From Trypanosoma brucei (Eukaryota), in assembly GCA_000002445.1 (NCBI GenBank), contig CP000070.1:160001-224000 (forward strand): a DNA stretch of 64,000 nt. The letters are read 5' to 3'. Positions 19,121 through 30,490 of the stretch are shown piece after piece. Under the pieces are notes generated by a model. That model was not told the origin of the DNA, did no database searches, and worked only from the letters and a program-made list of their open reading frames with translations. The translations under genes and the position numbers were made by a program. Each line of letters starts with the position of its first letter. Positions within the stretch are counted from its first letter, which is position 1.

Positions 19121-20893
19121 CTATTCTTGCTGAAAGTCAGCCGCCGTCTTACCTCGGACCTTTTTCATTACCTCATGCACCTCTGATGGTGGGGGGACAG
19201 GTTCGCGGAGCATACCCCGTCTCACTAAAACTGACATGAGTCGATCGTACATAGTTAACTGCTTCACGTAGTACAGGGAAAAGAGAATGTGACGCACATC
19301 TCGCGGAACTTCTGCAGTTGATGTTATCTCGATGGTCAAACATGTGAACTCCGTAACCCTACTCCAAAATGCGTCGTCCATATAACGGCGAGAAGCAAGA
19401 GCACAACACAGCACAGCAACATCCTCAAGCAACTCCTCTGCGTTCACCACTGATCCTTCATGCTTTGCAGCCTTTCGCTCTGCCACCTTACGCTCCTTTA
19501 GTGAAAGCAATCGCAACTTCACTGCTTCAATATTGGTCTGACTTGGGGTTGGCCTTAACCGGGTTGTCACCTCACGCATGCGAACCTCAGTGGCTCTAGC
19601 TAATGCGTTCATTTGAGACAATACGGTGTACGACGTCATAACGGGCTTAAGGGCCTCACTGGTCGCAGGGGCGGAGGTTGTGGCGGATTTATTCTCATCT
19701 CTATCATCAGAGTCGTTAACACTGATATCGGCAGAAGAAATCGAGGCCTGACCCACGTGGGGATCATCAAAATCCGTGCATTGGGCAAAGGCCGTAGCGA
19801 GCCTGCCAAGTCGCTTGCTATCAAGTTGTTCGCAAGCACCAAGTGCGGGCAACAAGAGTTGATAAACAACGGGGAGCAGAACAACAGGCGGATCAACCGA
19901 CAACAGTGCTCCGCCGGTGTCAGCCAGCATTATGGCATGTTGAAGAAGTTCAGCGGAAAGTTTCACACCCATATGGCTAAGGCGCTCCCCATCACGTGAC
20001 GGTATTGGACTTGGTGCCTGTGTTGGTACGACATCGTTCGTAGTGTTCACTCCATTTTCGCATTCCGTAGCCAACTTTTCATCAGGTAAGTGATCATGTA
20101 TGGCGTGCCAGACATGCGTAAGTCTCTCACGCGCCAGGTAAAAAATAACTACACGGATCTCATCAACAACGGTGGAAAGTAGTCCCTCATCCAAGCCATG
20201 CACAGCCGCATTGACAGACACTACGTTTTCTGGCATTTGGAGGCTCGGTGGTCCTGCTCGGAGAGTGCACAGTCGCAAAGCTGAACAAAGAGCCTGTACG
20301 AAAACAGGAAGGCAATACAGGTCGCGCGGAACCCGCTCCCCAGTGCCCTGTGGATCACTATGGTTCGCAAGCAGTTCCTTCTCCAATGTAGAGAGAAGGG
20401 AAGTGGTTTCAGTCCGGGGAAAGTGGCTTCGCCAGAGAAGACAGAATCGTCTCAAAGCCTCCGTGTCGTCTACATTTTGCAGCATGTCTTGGATACTCAC
20501 AACAATACGCTCCCAGACCGGAGCTGAATCACTTGACTCCTCAAGTCCCAGTGGAAGAACTCCACCACTTCGGGGGATGGAAGAACAGCGCCTGGAGAAC
20601 GAAACGACACGTAATGAAGGCGGCTGCAGCCTTCCTACCCTCCTGAAAATAGGTCGTATATACCACTGACACTTCATCATCCCGTGCCTCGCACAGGCTC
20701 CCACGACCGGCGCCAAGGAGACCAGCATCCGTGTGTGGAATGTTGTGCCTAAGAGAGAACAAAACGGGCAAATAATGATATTATCCACGCAAAGATCCAT
20801 TTCCTGCACATTCATTGGGTGCATCCGTAGAGGATAAAAGGAACGGAAAGTTATCAAAGGTTCTACCGAACCCCTCTGACAAACATCACACAA
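19121..20893 (-). CDS. Hypothetical protein (up to 590 aa; the true start is probably an internal Met).
   Basis: Long ORF on the unit strand. The first ~100 codons are Cys/Arg-rich and look like translated UTR. No recognisable domain. Confidence 0.55.
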   Translation of the reverse strand: MCDVCQRGSVEPLITFRSFYPLRMHPMNVQEMDLCVDNIIICPFCSLLGTTFHTRMLVSLAPVVGACARHGMMKCQWYIRPIFRRVGRLQPPSLRVVSFSRRCSSIPRSGGVLPLGLEESSDSAPVWERIVVSIQDMLQNVDDTEALRRFCLLWRSHFPRTETTSLLSTLEKELLANHSDPQGTGERVPRDLYCLPVFVQALCSALRLCTLRAGPPSLQMPENVVSVNAAVHGLDEGLLSTVVDEIRVVIFYLARERLTHVWHAIHDHLPDEKLATECENGVNTTNDVVPTQAPSPIPSRDGERLSHMGVKLSAELLQHAIMLADTGGALLSVDPPVVLLPVVYQLLLPALGACEQLDSKRLGRLATAFAQCTDFDDPHVGQASISSADISVNDSDDRDENKSATTSAPATSEALKPVMTSYTVLSQMNALARATEVRMREVTTRLRPTPSQTNIEAVKLRLLSLKERKVAERKAAKHEGSVVNAEELLEDVAVLCCALASRRYMDDAFWSRVTEFTCLTIEITSTAEVPRDVRHILFSLYYVKQLTMYDRLMSVLVRRGMLREPVPPPSEVHEVMKKVRGKTAADFQQE

Positions 20894-21531
20894 AACAATC
20901 CTTTATTGTTTAAACGATCGGTATACAAGTAGCAGAGAATCGTGAGGCGAAAATCGCTTCACCATACATATAAACCCACAAGCTGTGTCTTCTTCCAACA
21001 CCCAACACCCGTTAGTGCCGGCAGGCTACCGATACCCGCGTCCGACATGTTCGCAGCTATGATTTGAAACTTGCATTATTATTAAGGAGGGCTCGCAGGT
21101 AGGAACAGGGGAAAACGGGTAATAACTAAAAAATCGAACGGTACTCACACAACGTGAACCTTGAGAGTGCGGAATGGGAAAAAAAGCATGAGGGCGTCCT
21201 CAGGATCCACCGGTTGATAAATATGTTAGTAAAAACGAAGGAAAGTAATAATTTCCTGGCACCATGGCAACCATCCTTTCAGTATCGGTTACTCACCTCC
21301 ACAGGACAAACCACATGCGTTGCCCGGCAACAACGCATTCCATGCACACAAAACAACTGAGACTGATGGAATGGATGCTTGTATTAAAACCACCAACGGT
21401 TATCTCGATAGATACTGGCGTACTCCGAAGACGACTTTCCCCCTTAAAATGTGCGTATTTTTCGCTAAATTAGACAGACAAGATCGAAAGCATATGCCCT
21501 GCTCGTGAACCTGGGTGCACAGTAATTACCA

Positions 21532-23163
21532 CTAAAGCGATGCTTCGTCAGGTAACACTCCCTCGCGGAATGCCTCCTTCATCCGCTGGGACAGCTCCGG
21601 TGCAAGATCGTTGCCGTAGTGCGATAAGAGCGCCTGCAGTTGCCTCCCCTCCTCCGCCGTTATGGGGCGCACACGCTTTCCTGTTTTTGGGTCGACGAGA
21701 TCGTCCTTCTGCTCCATCACTATCGCAACCATATCATTTGCTTGGGAAAAAATGACCTGCAGACACTTCTTGGGCACGTATATTTTCAGCGTGACAACGA
21801 CATCGAGTATGCTAAGGATGACGGGTAGTGCTGGGTACTCAACTTCGTCAAGGCGGCACCCGATCTGCTCACCCATTGCGCGGAGCTTCTGCCGAGTCGG
21901 TTCCGCATTCATCGCATTGCGACCTCCATCACTTACTTGATTGAAACATGTGCGTATGGCAATCATGGCGGCGTTCGCCATATGATGGGTAAGCTGATCG
22001 GAGGTACAAATACGCTCTACTAACCGTTCACACACCTCCAGGCGCATGGTGCGCCACTTACGCAATACGTGGGCGAGCGTGGCACACTCGTGCGGGGTAA
22101 AGTCACCCACGTGATTCGTGGCACGGATAGCTAATGGCTCAAGGTGAAATGGCGTAAGGTCATGTACTGTATAACACTGCAATACACCGAGTAGTGACGG
22201 TAGGTCGAAGTCATTCGCGAGGACTCCAACACGGCGAGACATCGCCAGCAACACCTTACGGCGGATATCCAGTGTCTCTTTGGCACATCCACGACGGGTT
22301 TTAAAAAGACGAGTTGAAAATGCCTTAACGGAAGACATGTCAATGTTCTCGTAATTACTGAATTTGAGAAGTGATTTCTCCATGCGATTCCAAAGGTGCC
22401 TGTTGTAAAAGTTGGCTGTAACAACATGCGTTGTCACATACAACACATCATCAGCAGAGAGGACACCGTCACCATCGCGACGTAACACCTCAACCGTTAG
22501 CATTCGCATAGCCGCTGTGTACTGCTTCTCTTCCAACCAATCCCGTTCTTTTAGCGAAGTTGTGTAATAAAGTGTCCGGCGTAGCTCGTGCATCCCTGCA
22601 CGCTGCAACAAGGGTGTTGTTTGCATTTGCTTTACTAATGCTGTCATTTCATTGGTCGCCGACGTCTTCAGCTCCTCAACGAATTCCTCCATGCCTTCCT
22701 GCGTAAGAATTTCAGCGCTAGCACTGAGTGCATTCTGGGCTTTCAGTTGCACCGCCAATTCATCCGCCTTTGCAACACACTCCGACAGTACGTCACAATG
22801 AGCGGTGATGGCGGTGGAGGTGACCGGAAGGGAGCCGTTGACTCCAGATCCCGGTGAGTACGACACGGGAAGCGGGCCTTCCATTGCCACCGCCTCCCCT
22901 CCCCCAGTTCCAACATTTAACGAAGGATTGGTAACAGGTGACAGCGGTGAACCGGTGACGGGTGGCCCAGAGGACGCAATCCATCGTTTTGTGTCAAGAA
23001 CTGTAAAACCTGCCTTCGGTAGCACGGTAACTACCGGGTAGCGGCGATACAACAGATTCCTACTGAAAACTCGTTCATGGTAACCAATGCCAGAATGTAC
23101 AGAATGTTTGGACGACAGTAAACTCCCCACATCCTGACAACATAAAACTACCCGACGTCGCAT
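21532..23163 (-). CDS. Hypothetical protein (543 aa), possibly organellar given its Arg-rich N-terminus.
   Basis: Long ORF on the unit strand. N-terminus MRRRVVLCCQDVGSLLSS. Mostly helical-looking, Leu/Ala-rich body. Confidence 0.6.
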   Translation of the reverse strand: MRRRVVLCCQDVGSLLSSKHSVHSGIGYHERVFSRNLLYRRYPVVTVLPKAGFTVLDTKRWIASSGPPVTGSPLSPVTNPSLNVGTGGGEAVAMEGPLPVSYSPGSGVNGSLPVTSTAITAHCDVLSECVAKADELAVQLKAQNALSASAEILTQEGMEEFVEELKTSATNEMTALVKQMQTTPLLQRAGMHELRRTLYYTTSLKERDWLEEKQYTAAMRMLTVEVLRRDGDGVLSADDVLYVTTHVVTANFYNRHLWNRMEKSLLKFSNYENIDMSSVKAFSTRLFKTRRGCAKETLDIRRKVLLAMSRRVGVLANDFDLPSLLGVLQCYTVHDLTPFHLEPLAIRATNHVGDFTPHECATLAHVLRKWRTMRLEVCERLVERICTSDQLTHHMANAAMIAIRTCFNQVSDGGRNAMNAEPTRQKLRAMGEQIGCRLDEVEYPALPVILSILDVVVTLKIYVPKKCLQVIFSQANDMVAIVMEQKDDLVDPKTGKRVRPITAEEGRQLQALLSHYGNDLAPELSQRMKEAFREGVLPDEASL

Positions 23164-24356
23164 GCGCGAAATCCCTTCACCTGATCCGCTCTAAGAGAAG
23201 AGAAACTTAAAGACATGCACAAAGTGTTGCGAGTGATCGTTGGAAGCATTGAGAAAACGGTAGTACTACAACACTCGCACTGATGCAGATCCATTGAACA
23301 CACACTAGAGGGAGAGCTCGTTGAGGATAAAGTAAAGATTTGGAGCTTTAATCTCTTTTGCACGAGGGCAACAAACTCCGTACAGAAAATAAAAAGTTCC
23401 CTCGTGGAAAAACACAAGCTACACGAAGCATAACACCACGCACGGAGGGCACAACGACCCGGGGTAGCATAAGCAAAGAAAAAAACCTTAAAAAAATTAA
23501 TAACACGATATATGTTCTGATCGTCGCTGTTGCCCTTCCAACCTAGCCTACCGCACAAAAGCGGAGGCAAAGAAGGATTTAAAAGGAGGGGGTGAATTTA
23601 AATGCTATCTTGCACATAATAAGTTGTAATGTGGGTTATACATCGCTTAGCACAACTAACTGATGCCACATAATTGATAAACTAAAAGGTGGGGAAAGAA
23701 GAAACTCCTCTCCCCTTCTATCCCATGACTCATGGTAGAGCAACCACACAACAACCTGCGCAGTGTCGCACATGGGTAAAATCTATTGGAGGAGCTGCGC
23801 GTAAACAGTCGGTATCAAAACAGGTCGCAAGTTTTCTAACAGAGACCGGCAACGGAGAAAATTACAAAAACCAACGTGCGACAAAAAAGGGGATACAGAG
23901 GAGAAACGTTGCCTCTAAATCTGAGCAACTGCACACGTTGTTGCTCACAAGTACAGGAGAAACAAAGATATGAGGAATATGCCAAGTAAGCAGTCAAGCG
24001 TGGGAATGAAGGAAGGAAGGTATCTCGTGCGACACACTAAAGGGGACGCAACCGGTTCCGCGTCAGCTACGGGGAAGTGAAAAAAAGAAACTTGAAAAAC
24101 ACACCCAATATATATGCATATATGCTCTCACTTGATTTCGCCATCCTTCACGTGCAGTTATTGACGGTTCCCTCGAAATATTGCACGGGAACTGCCATGT
24201 TCTATAGGAGGTGAAACTCGTATCAGAGACACCACTGGCAACCACCAAACGGTACACGCATGCCACAAAGCAAATGCAGAAGCAAGTATGCAGGGAAAAA
24301 ATTTAACCGTCAAACGGAAGTTCACGCATGGTCCCAACACGACAGCACGCAATTAT

Positions 24357-27300
24357 TTACCATGAACTACTACACGACTCCGTCTCATGGCTCTTTGCGG
24401 TGCGGTCATTAGTGTGCGAATCCCGCCCAGAACTTGTTTCTGACCTGGTGTCATCACTGACATCACTGGTGGCATCTGATTTAGTATCTTTGATATCCGT
24501 AGCGGTATCTGCAGTAGCTGGTTCCTGTTCAACACTGGTAACAGATTTCGCATCATCACTAACATCACTGGTGGCATCTGATTTAGTATCTTTGATATCC
24601 GTAGCGGTATCTGCAGTAGCTGGTTCCTGTTCAACACTGGTAACAGATTTCGCATCATCACTAACATCACTGGTGGCATCTGATTTAGTATCTTTGATAT
24701 CCGTAGCGGTATCTGCAGTAGCTGGTTCCTGTTCAACACTGGTAACAGATTTCGCATCATCACTAACATCACTGGTGGCATCTGATTTAGTATCTTTGAT
24801 ATCCGTAGCGGTATCTGCAGTAGCTGGTTCCTGTTCAACACTGGTAACAGATTTCGCATCATCACTAACATCACTGGTGGCATCTGATTTAGTATCTTTG
24901 ATATCCGTAGCGGTATCTGCAGTAGCTGGTTCCTGTTCAACACTGGTAACAGATTTCGCATCATCACTAACATCACTGGTGGCATCTGATTTAGTATCTT
25001 TGATATCCGTAGCGGTATCTGCAGTAGCTGGTTCCTGTTCAACACTGGTAACAGATTTCGCATCATCACTAACATCACTGGTGGCATCTGATTTAGTATC
25101 TTTGATATCCGTAGCGGTATCTGCAGTAGCTGGTTCCTGTTCAACACTGGTAACAGATTTCGCATCATCACTAACATCACTGGTGGCATCTGATTTAGTA
25201 TCTTTGATATCCGTAGCGGTATCTGCAGTAGCTGGTTCCTGTTCAACACTGGTAACAGATTTCGCATCATCACTAACATCACTGGTGGCATCTGATTTAG
25301 TATCTTTGATATCCGTAGCGGTATCTGCAGTAGCTGGTTCCTGTTCAACACTGGTAACAGATTTCGCATCATCACTAACATCACTGGTGGCATCTGATTT
25401 AGTATCTTTGATATCCGTAGCGGTATCTGCAGTAGCTGGTTCCTGTTCAACACTGGTAACAGATTTCGCATCATCACTAACATCACTGGTGGCATCTGAT
25501 TTAGTATCTTTGATATCCGTAGCGGTATCTGCAGTAGCTGGTTCCTGTTCAACACTGGTAACAGATTTCGCATCATCACTAACATCACTGGTAGTGTATG
25601 GCTTAGTCGCCCGAGATTTCGTGGTGGCGTCCGACGGTGTTGGCCCCTGCCCTACGCTTGCGGCGGACTGTGTGCCGTCGCTTACTTCAGAGGCAGCCTC
25701 TGATTTTGGTTCCAATGATTTCGTGGTATTTTCCAACAGGTCCCGTTGTTGCTCATCAGCCCTCCTCGCGGAGCCCTCAATGACAGTTCCTTCAACAGGG
25801 TTGACAACACCTTTAGTGGTGGGCTCCTGCTCATCACTGGCATTTGATAGCGCACCTTTACCTATCTTGGTAAGACTCGCTACATTCGAAACTTCACCTG
25901 CTGAAACATTACCACCCGTATGTGCCTCTTCGTTGGATCCTCCTCCCGATCGCCGGTCAACACTCAACCCTGCAGCTCCCATTCCATTCGTTTCCTTTGC
26001 TTTTAGAACGGTGTCCCTTACGGTGGAAGCCTTCTCCTTGCAAGTCTTTAAATGTGCTCCGTGGCTGATGTCAGTAACTCTGTTTAATTTATCGTTTGGA
26101 GCCACTGTGACACAGCCTTCAACGGCAGACTCGTGTTTGTGACCGGTGCCCAGTAACTCATTCTGCGGAGCACCGCTACTCTTTTGTACAATCATCCCCA
26201 TGGTTGTGTGCCGGGGCAAACCCGCGGGGCTGTCGCTGGAAAGTTGATGTTTCACCGATGCGGTGTCTGCTTCGTCAGTTCGTACAGTCGCTTGCGATGC
26301 GCTTCTAAAATCCTGATATCTCCTCAAGTTTTCCTCTCCCGTCATGTGTGGCTTCTGGTTCCCTAAAACTTTAGTCGATTGGACACTTTTCGCGGAATCA
26401 CACGATGATGGACGCACGATTCGACGCTCCTCTACCCCTTCGTCCGTTACATGCCTAAGCGTAACCCCCAATTCCCCACCCTGCATCTCCTCTCGGTTTA
26501 ACAACTTCTGTTTCGCTCCAAGGTGCGATACTAGCCAACGGTTGTACGCATCTTCTAGATGGTGTAATAATACCTCCTTGCGATTCACGTCATATTCTCC
26601 CCCCTCTCCACAATTTTCCCTTTCTATCTCCTCTACCTCATGTTCGAGAAGCAGCTGTTCTACTACTCGTTTGTGAAGCATGCGAGCTTGCTGATAGCTT
26701 CTGATCCCGTCGAAGTAGCGGTGGAAAACACTCTCAGTCATTTGTGCACCATCGGGCAAGGGACATCCCGGTACTCTGCCATCAAATAAAGAAGCATCAC
26801 GTGTCCCGCGTCCTTCTATTTCAGGTCTATTGTGGGAGAAATTTCCCCGCGTCCTCCGGTTTCGAAGTGTAGTGATGTCCCTAGCCCCAGTTCCACGAGA
26901 CGAAGTGGACCCAGAAAGACCGGGGTAAGAAACTCCTAGAGCTGCAAACGAATCAGCAGCAGTCACTCCGAACTTATTTCTGTTGCTGTTGAAACTGAGC
27001 CCACCCACATGCTGCTGCAGTGATGGGGACAATTTATTACGGGATTGGTCACACGATGTTGCTCCTGAACGAGACCGGGAAGAACTATTAAAACGCATGG
27101 ACGAATATGCAGACATTGGTGCATCACCTGTACCTGATGCATAGAAACGGTGAAATCTCTTGGGAGTCTGGACGCGCCTGCTGGGTGACCTTCTTTCAAA
27201 CGAGTATAATTTCACCAGTTTCGGCTCTCCTAAGTCAAAGATCGAGTCGTCCTGTTGCATTCGTTGTGGCATTCCCACATTTGTTCCGGGAGATACCCTC

Positions 27301-28907
27301 GTACGACGATTCCGTTGGGGCGAGACAGACATGCGTCTACCATTAACAGGACTCTGGGGGGAAGCGTTAATTGGCCAGTTTTGCGAGTAACTCCAGTGAG
27401 TGGTACTTGCAGAGTTGGGCATCCCGCTCGACCTTCGAGTTGAAGCATTAGGAGTACACATTCCATCCCTTGATTGGGAATTGCCTTGGTTCCCAGATAA
27501 CGCACGCCAATAAGTGCTGGAGGGCAAATAACCGCCACTAATGTCCGTACGTTGATGACCCTCTCCGTATACAGGGGACGTGGACGATCCGTTATCTGCT
27601 CTCATATGTGTCTCCCCTGTCGGATTTAATGAAAGTTTGTCTACTCGAGTGCCTGGGCGGCTGCAATGAGGTGTGCAGAAAGAATAACCATTTTGCCGCT
27701 GCCCCTCAATCTCTTCTTGCTCCCGGGATTGTCCACCACTCATGGGTCTCCAATGGTCAATGCCAGGTCGAGATAAATTACATGAGGAGCAACGGGACCC
27801 ATCAAAGCCACTGCATGACCTCGGCACCCGCATCGGTGAGGCGGGAGCAGCCGTAAATAGATGCTGAGCTGCAGGTTGGGAATGCGATGACACACCAAAC
27901 GACCCACACGAAAGACTGTTCGGACTACGTGATCCGCAAGGTACACTTTGAATGCAACTGCCATGCACGACCCCGGAGCCTGCGTGAGCAGCCACTGGAA
28001 TTCCACTCCCATAACTGGCTCTGCGAACACTATCAAAGTCCCTGGAGTCCCTGACACTGTTTCCCATATAGTTATTTAACTTAGTAAAAAACAGTTGTTG
28101 TTTCTGCTTCATACAGGGAAAGTCATTACCAACCACTCCTGTGGACCCCGCATTGCCACCCCCGTGAGCACATGGCTTCCCCCCTCCATCAGCATCACTG
28201 CAGTCAGCAGCGCGGCTGCCGTGGCGGTCACCATCTTTGCACCCTTCGGTAAACGATCCGTCGATTATGGAAGACGGTGGTCGAGTGACTGTTGGGTCTT
28301 GCTTGCGGGAATGGTATCCACGTATTATGCATGAATGGGAAATCGCGCTGAGTTCCTTTCCGAGTTGTTCCATGGCAAGTCGGCGCCTTAAAACGGAACA
28401 GCAATCACCAACTGCTTCGGTTGTATCTATCAGATATTTTGCACTCTCTAACCGCAGGAGGGCCTGCTGGAAGCAATTGTGCTGAATGAAGACACGCGCC
28501 TCCCCGAATTTCTGCCAGGCGATGTCTAATGCCGCATGAACCCTCTTGCGAGCCTCGTCTCCAGTACTACTTGTAGGCCTTTCACACCCGTGGAATGAAT
28601 GCGGTGGTTTTGACTCACCTCGAACGGATTTCCCCCCCCTTCCTTCGGAATCTGGTCTCACTGATCGAACCCTCGTCCTCCGTTGAAGCGGTGTGTAGTC
28701 AAGTCCCCGCGTCAGTGGCGTCGCACTCTGCGCCCGGGAAGAAGGCCTCGAAGTTTTGTGGCTCACAACACTGCTTCTTCGTGGAGCTCTACCTCGACCA
28801 GCCGCACCTGCAGGTGTTGCACAGGATACCCATTGTCTTGATCTAAAAATGAAGTCTGAATCAGACAAATGACCCTTCGCGTCTCTTCCAACGGCGATCA
28901 CCCTCAT
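24357..28907 (-). CDS. Large repetitive protein (1516 aa). Its C-terminal ~380 aa consist of ~11 perfect 34-aa acidic Ser/Thr/Asp-rich repeats. The centre is a Ser/Pro/Arg/Gly-rich low-complexity region.
   Basis: Single ORF. The 34-aa unit SDVSDDAKSVTSVEQEPATADTATDIKDTKSDAT is encoded by a 102-bp tandem array. Architecture resembles kinetoplastid tandem-repeat surface, cytoskeletal or antigen proteins. Confidence 0.75.
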   Translation of the reverse strand: MRVIAVGRDAKGHLSDSDFIFRSRQWVSCATPAGAAGRGRAPRRSSVVSHKTSRPSSRAQSATPLTRGLDYTPLQRRTRVRSVRPDSEGRGGKSVRGESKPPHSFHGCERPTSSTGDEARKRVHAALDIAWQKFGEARVFIQHNCFQQALLRLESAKYLIDTTEAVGDCCSVLRRRLAMEQLGKELSAISHSCIIRGYHSRKQDPTVTRPPSSIIDGSFTEGCKDGDRHGSRAADCSDADGGGKPCAHGGGNAGSTGVVGNDFPCMKQKQQLFFTKLNNYMGNSVRDSRDFDSVRRASYGSGIPVAAHAGSGVVHGSCIQSVPCGSRSPNSLSCGSFGVSSHSQPAAQHLFTAAPASPMRVPRSCSGFDGSRCSSCNLSRPGIDHWRPMSGGQSREQEEIEGQRQNGYSFCTPHCSRPGTRVDKLSLNPTGETHMRADNGSSTSPVYGEGHQRTDISGGYLPSSTYWRALSGNQGNSQSRDGMCTPNASTRRSSGMPNSASTTHWSYSQNWPINASPQSPVNGRRMSVSPQRNRRTRVSPGTNVGMPQRMQQDDSIFDLGEPKLVKLYSFERRSPSRRVQTPKRFHRFYASGTGDAPMSAYSSMRFNSSSRSRSGATSCDQSRNKLSPSLQQHVGGLSFNSNRNKFGVTAADSFAALGVSYPGLSGSTSSRGTGARDITTLRNRRTRGNFSHNRPEIEGRGTRDASLFDGRVPGCPLPDGAQMTESVFHRYFDGIRSYQQARMLHKRVVEQLLLEHEVEEIERENCGEGGEYDVNRKEVLLHHLEDAYNRWLVSHLGAKQKLLNREEMQGGELGVTLRHVTDEGVEERRIVRPSSCDSAKSVQSTKVLGNQKPHMTGEENLRRYQDFRSASQATVRTDEADTASVKHQLSSDSPAGLPRHTTMGMIVQKSSGAPQNELLGTGHKHESAVEGCVTVAPNDKLNRVTDISHGAHLKTCKEKASTVRDTVLKAKETNGMGAAGLSVDRRSGGGSNEEAHTGGNVSAGEVSNVASLTKIGKGALSNASDEQEPTTKGVVNPVEGTVIEGSARRADEQQRDLLENTTKSLEPKSEAASEVSDGTQSAASVGQGPTPSDATTKSRATKPYTTSDVSDDAKSVTSVEQEPATADTATDIKDTKSDATSDVSDDAKSVTSVEQEPATADTATDIKDTKSDATSDVSDDAKSVTSVEQEPATADTATDIKDTKSDATSDVSDDAKSVTSVEQEPATADTATDIKDTKSDATSDVSDDAKSVTSVEQEPATADTATDIKDTKSDATSDVSDDAKSVTSVEQEPATADTATDIKDTKSDATSDVSDDAKSVTSVEQEPATADTATDIKDTKSDATSDVSDDAKSVTSVEQEPATADTATDIKDTKSDATSDVSDDAKSVTSVEQEPATADTATDIKDTKSDATSDVSDDAKSVTSVEQEPATADTATDIKDTKSDATSDVSDDAKSVTSVEQEPATADTATDIKDTKSDATSDVSDDTRSETSSGRDSHTNDRTAKSHETESCSSSW
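24455..25595 (-). repeat. Tandem array of ~11 near-identical 102-bp units (in-frame coding repeats).
   Basis: Unit ...catcactggtggcatctgatttagtatctttgatatccgtagcggtatctgcagtagctggttcctgttcaacactggtaacagatttcgcatcatcactaa... recurs head-to-tail with no visible mismatches across ~1.14 kb. Antisense frames are also open, which explains + ORF 24328..26142 and the alternate-frame ORF 24353..25588. Confidence 0.9.
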
Positions 28908-28935
28908 GACGCCCTAAGAGAAAGAAGTTAATGTC

Positions 28936-28964
28936 AAAAAAAAAAAATATATATATATATATAT
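28936..28964. repeat. Poly-A followed by an (AT)9 microsatellite in the intergenic region.
   Basis: aaaaaaaaaaaatatatatatatatatat. Confidence 0.9.
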
Positions 28965-29569
28965 GAAATCAAACATGATGTGACACGGTGGTAAAGTTAA
29001 GCAAAGCAACTGAGAACAGCTAAAAAACAAATAAAAAGAGGGAAACAACAACAGCAGTCCCTCCGGCAAAGATAAAAGCGAAAGTGAAAGGTAAGTGTAA
29101 CGGTCAGCACAGGGTCAAAAAAAGAGAATTAAATCTGCGGCCCACTGAGCAAGGGGAAACAGATACACAATACATGTGGGTGTACATCGGTTGACACAGC
29201 TTTCTTTTATGACTCTATTTTCCTCGGAGACCCCCCATTATGCATGAAGGTTTGTGATCATCCATCTAACATCTATTGCGCCTCCTCCTCACCATTCGAT
29301 CCTCTTTTTCACTTCTTCTCTGTCTCCACGGCTTTCTTGCTTCCATCAAAAACAACATACAGTATATATAAATATTTATTTGCATTCCAAGTTGTGCACA
29401 CACCGAGTCGGAGCACAGCTTGGCTTCCCTCCACATTGTTCATTTTGAGTATAGCGCAGGTCAAACATAGATGCAACCTCGGGAAGAAAAAGAGGGGAGT
29501 TTCAAGGCTGCATCCCACGTTGCCAAGACAAATTGAACTTCACTGCCTCTTCTTGCACGCAGGCCAATC

Positions 29570-30490
29570 TCACATGCCTGGTGTCGGGGTACTACTCTTC
29601 TCTACAGCGGCAAATCTTTTAATCTCATTGATAATCTGCTGATTGGCTTTTCTCAGATACTTCACTTCCTCCTCGTGGATCTTCTGTTCGGACTGCTTCT
29701 GCTCCTCGAAGCGCTTCAGCATCCCATTGTGCTTTGCTCGTAACTCATTCACACGATTCTCGAGTCGACGCACCTCGCTTTCCATCCATTCTTTCTCCTT
29801 GAATAGATAGCTTCTCAAATCACGCTCAATGGCCTTTCGTACGGTATATTGAGAGGCACTATCAAACAGAATATCGTACGTATTTGTTGTTTGCTGCATC
29901 TCCTCCGCCAATTCGGCTAGCAGCAACCCACGTTCCGGACAGAGCACAGTCACCTGTCGAATAACCTCCCGCATTCCATCTGCGTATATCCCCTCCCGAA
30001 TAGTGCATACCACTCCAGAGGGACGTGCATGCTCCTGTTGACAGCGCCGCTCCAAGTGTTCCTGAAGGTGAACACAGTCCAAACGGCTCGTGTGATCAAC
30101 GGCAGCAGCCTTCATCCATGCACATTCCTGCTCCTGCCCGCGGGTATTGGTACGATCCTTATCGTGTCCCGGCACGTTGAGTGGCACGGGGGGAAACAAT
30201 TTGGCGAGGGCTTTTACTGGAGTTAAACTTTCCTGAGTGAGTCGCACTGGTCCCCCATCCGACTGAATGGCGTCTCGTGTGCCGGCAACCCCGCTTTGCG
30301 TTTGCCCGAACTTTTGTCTATTGGTGGTGGGAATGGTGGGCGCCTCTTGGCCCGCGGCGGCGGCTGTAGCAGCATTAACCGCTGCAGCCGTGATCGGCTC
30401 ATCGTCACTAATTAAGTTTGAAGGAACAGCACGATACAACACGGTGCCTTCCTCATCGTAAACGTTCGGTGGTGCGTTCAAGGTTGCCAT
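29570..30490 (-). CDS. DNALI1: Axonemal inner-arm dynein light chain p28 (DNALI1 family).
   Basis: 306-aa ORF. LCPERGLLLAELAEEMQQTTNTYDILFDSASQYTVRKAIE and EEEVKYLRKANQQIINEIKR match the conserved core and C-terminal coiled coil of p28/DNALI1 (…ERGLLLLRVRDE…QTLYESS.AFG.RKAL…NEEIQFLKRTNQQLKAQLE). Confidence 0.75.
   Translation of the reverse strand: MATLNAPPNVYDEEGTVLYRAVPSNLISDDEPITAAAVNAATAAAAGQEAPTIPTTNRQKFGQTQSGVAGTRDAIQSDGGPVRLTQESLTPVKALAKLFPPVPLNVPGHDKDRTNTRGQEQECAWMKAAAVDHTSRLDCVHLQEHLERRCQQEHARPSGVVCTIREGIYADGMREVIRQVTVLCPERGLLLAELAEEMQQTTNTYDILFDSASQYTVRKAIERDLRSYLFKEKEWMESEVRRLENRVNELRAKHNGMLKRFEEQKQSEQKIHEEEVKYLRKANQQIINEIKRFAAVEKSSTPTPGM

Noticed and set aside
23148-23570. 140-aa minus ORF in the 1.2-kb gap upstream of the 21532..23163 gene
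   Set aside because: It overlaps the start of that CDS out of frame. The Cys/Phe-rich, low-complexity sequence is more likely a UTR.
24455-25595. Regular direct repeats that could be mistaken for a CRISPR array
   Set aside because: The units are 102 bp, identical and directly abutting with no unique spacers. They are in-frame within a eukaryotic-type protein gene. The whole window is kinetoplastid-like nuclear DNA.
24328-26142. 604-aa plus-strand ORF and 411-aa alternate-frame minus ORF across the 102-bp repeat array
   Set aside because: These come from repeating a stop-free unit. Both are antisense or out of frame relative to the 1516-aa gene. Their products are composed only of the repeat translated in another frame.
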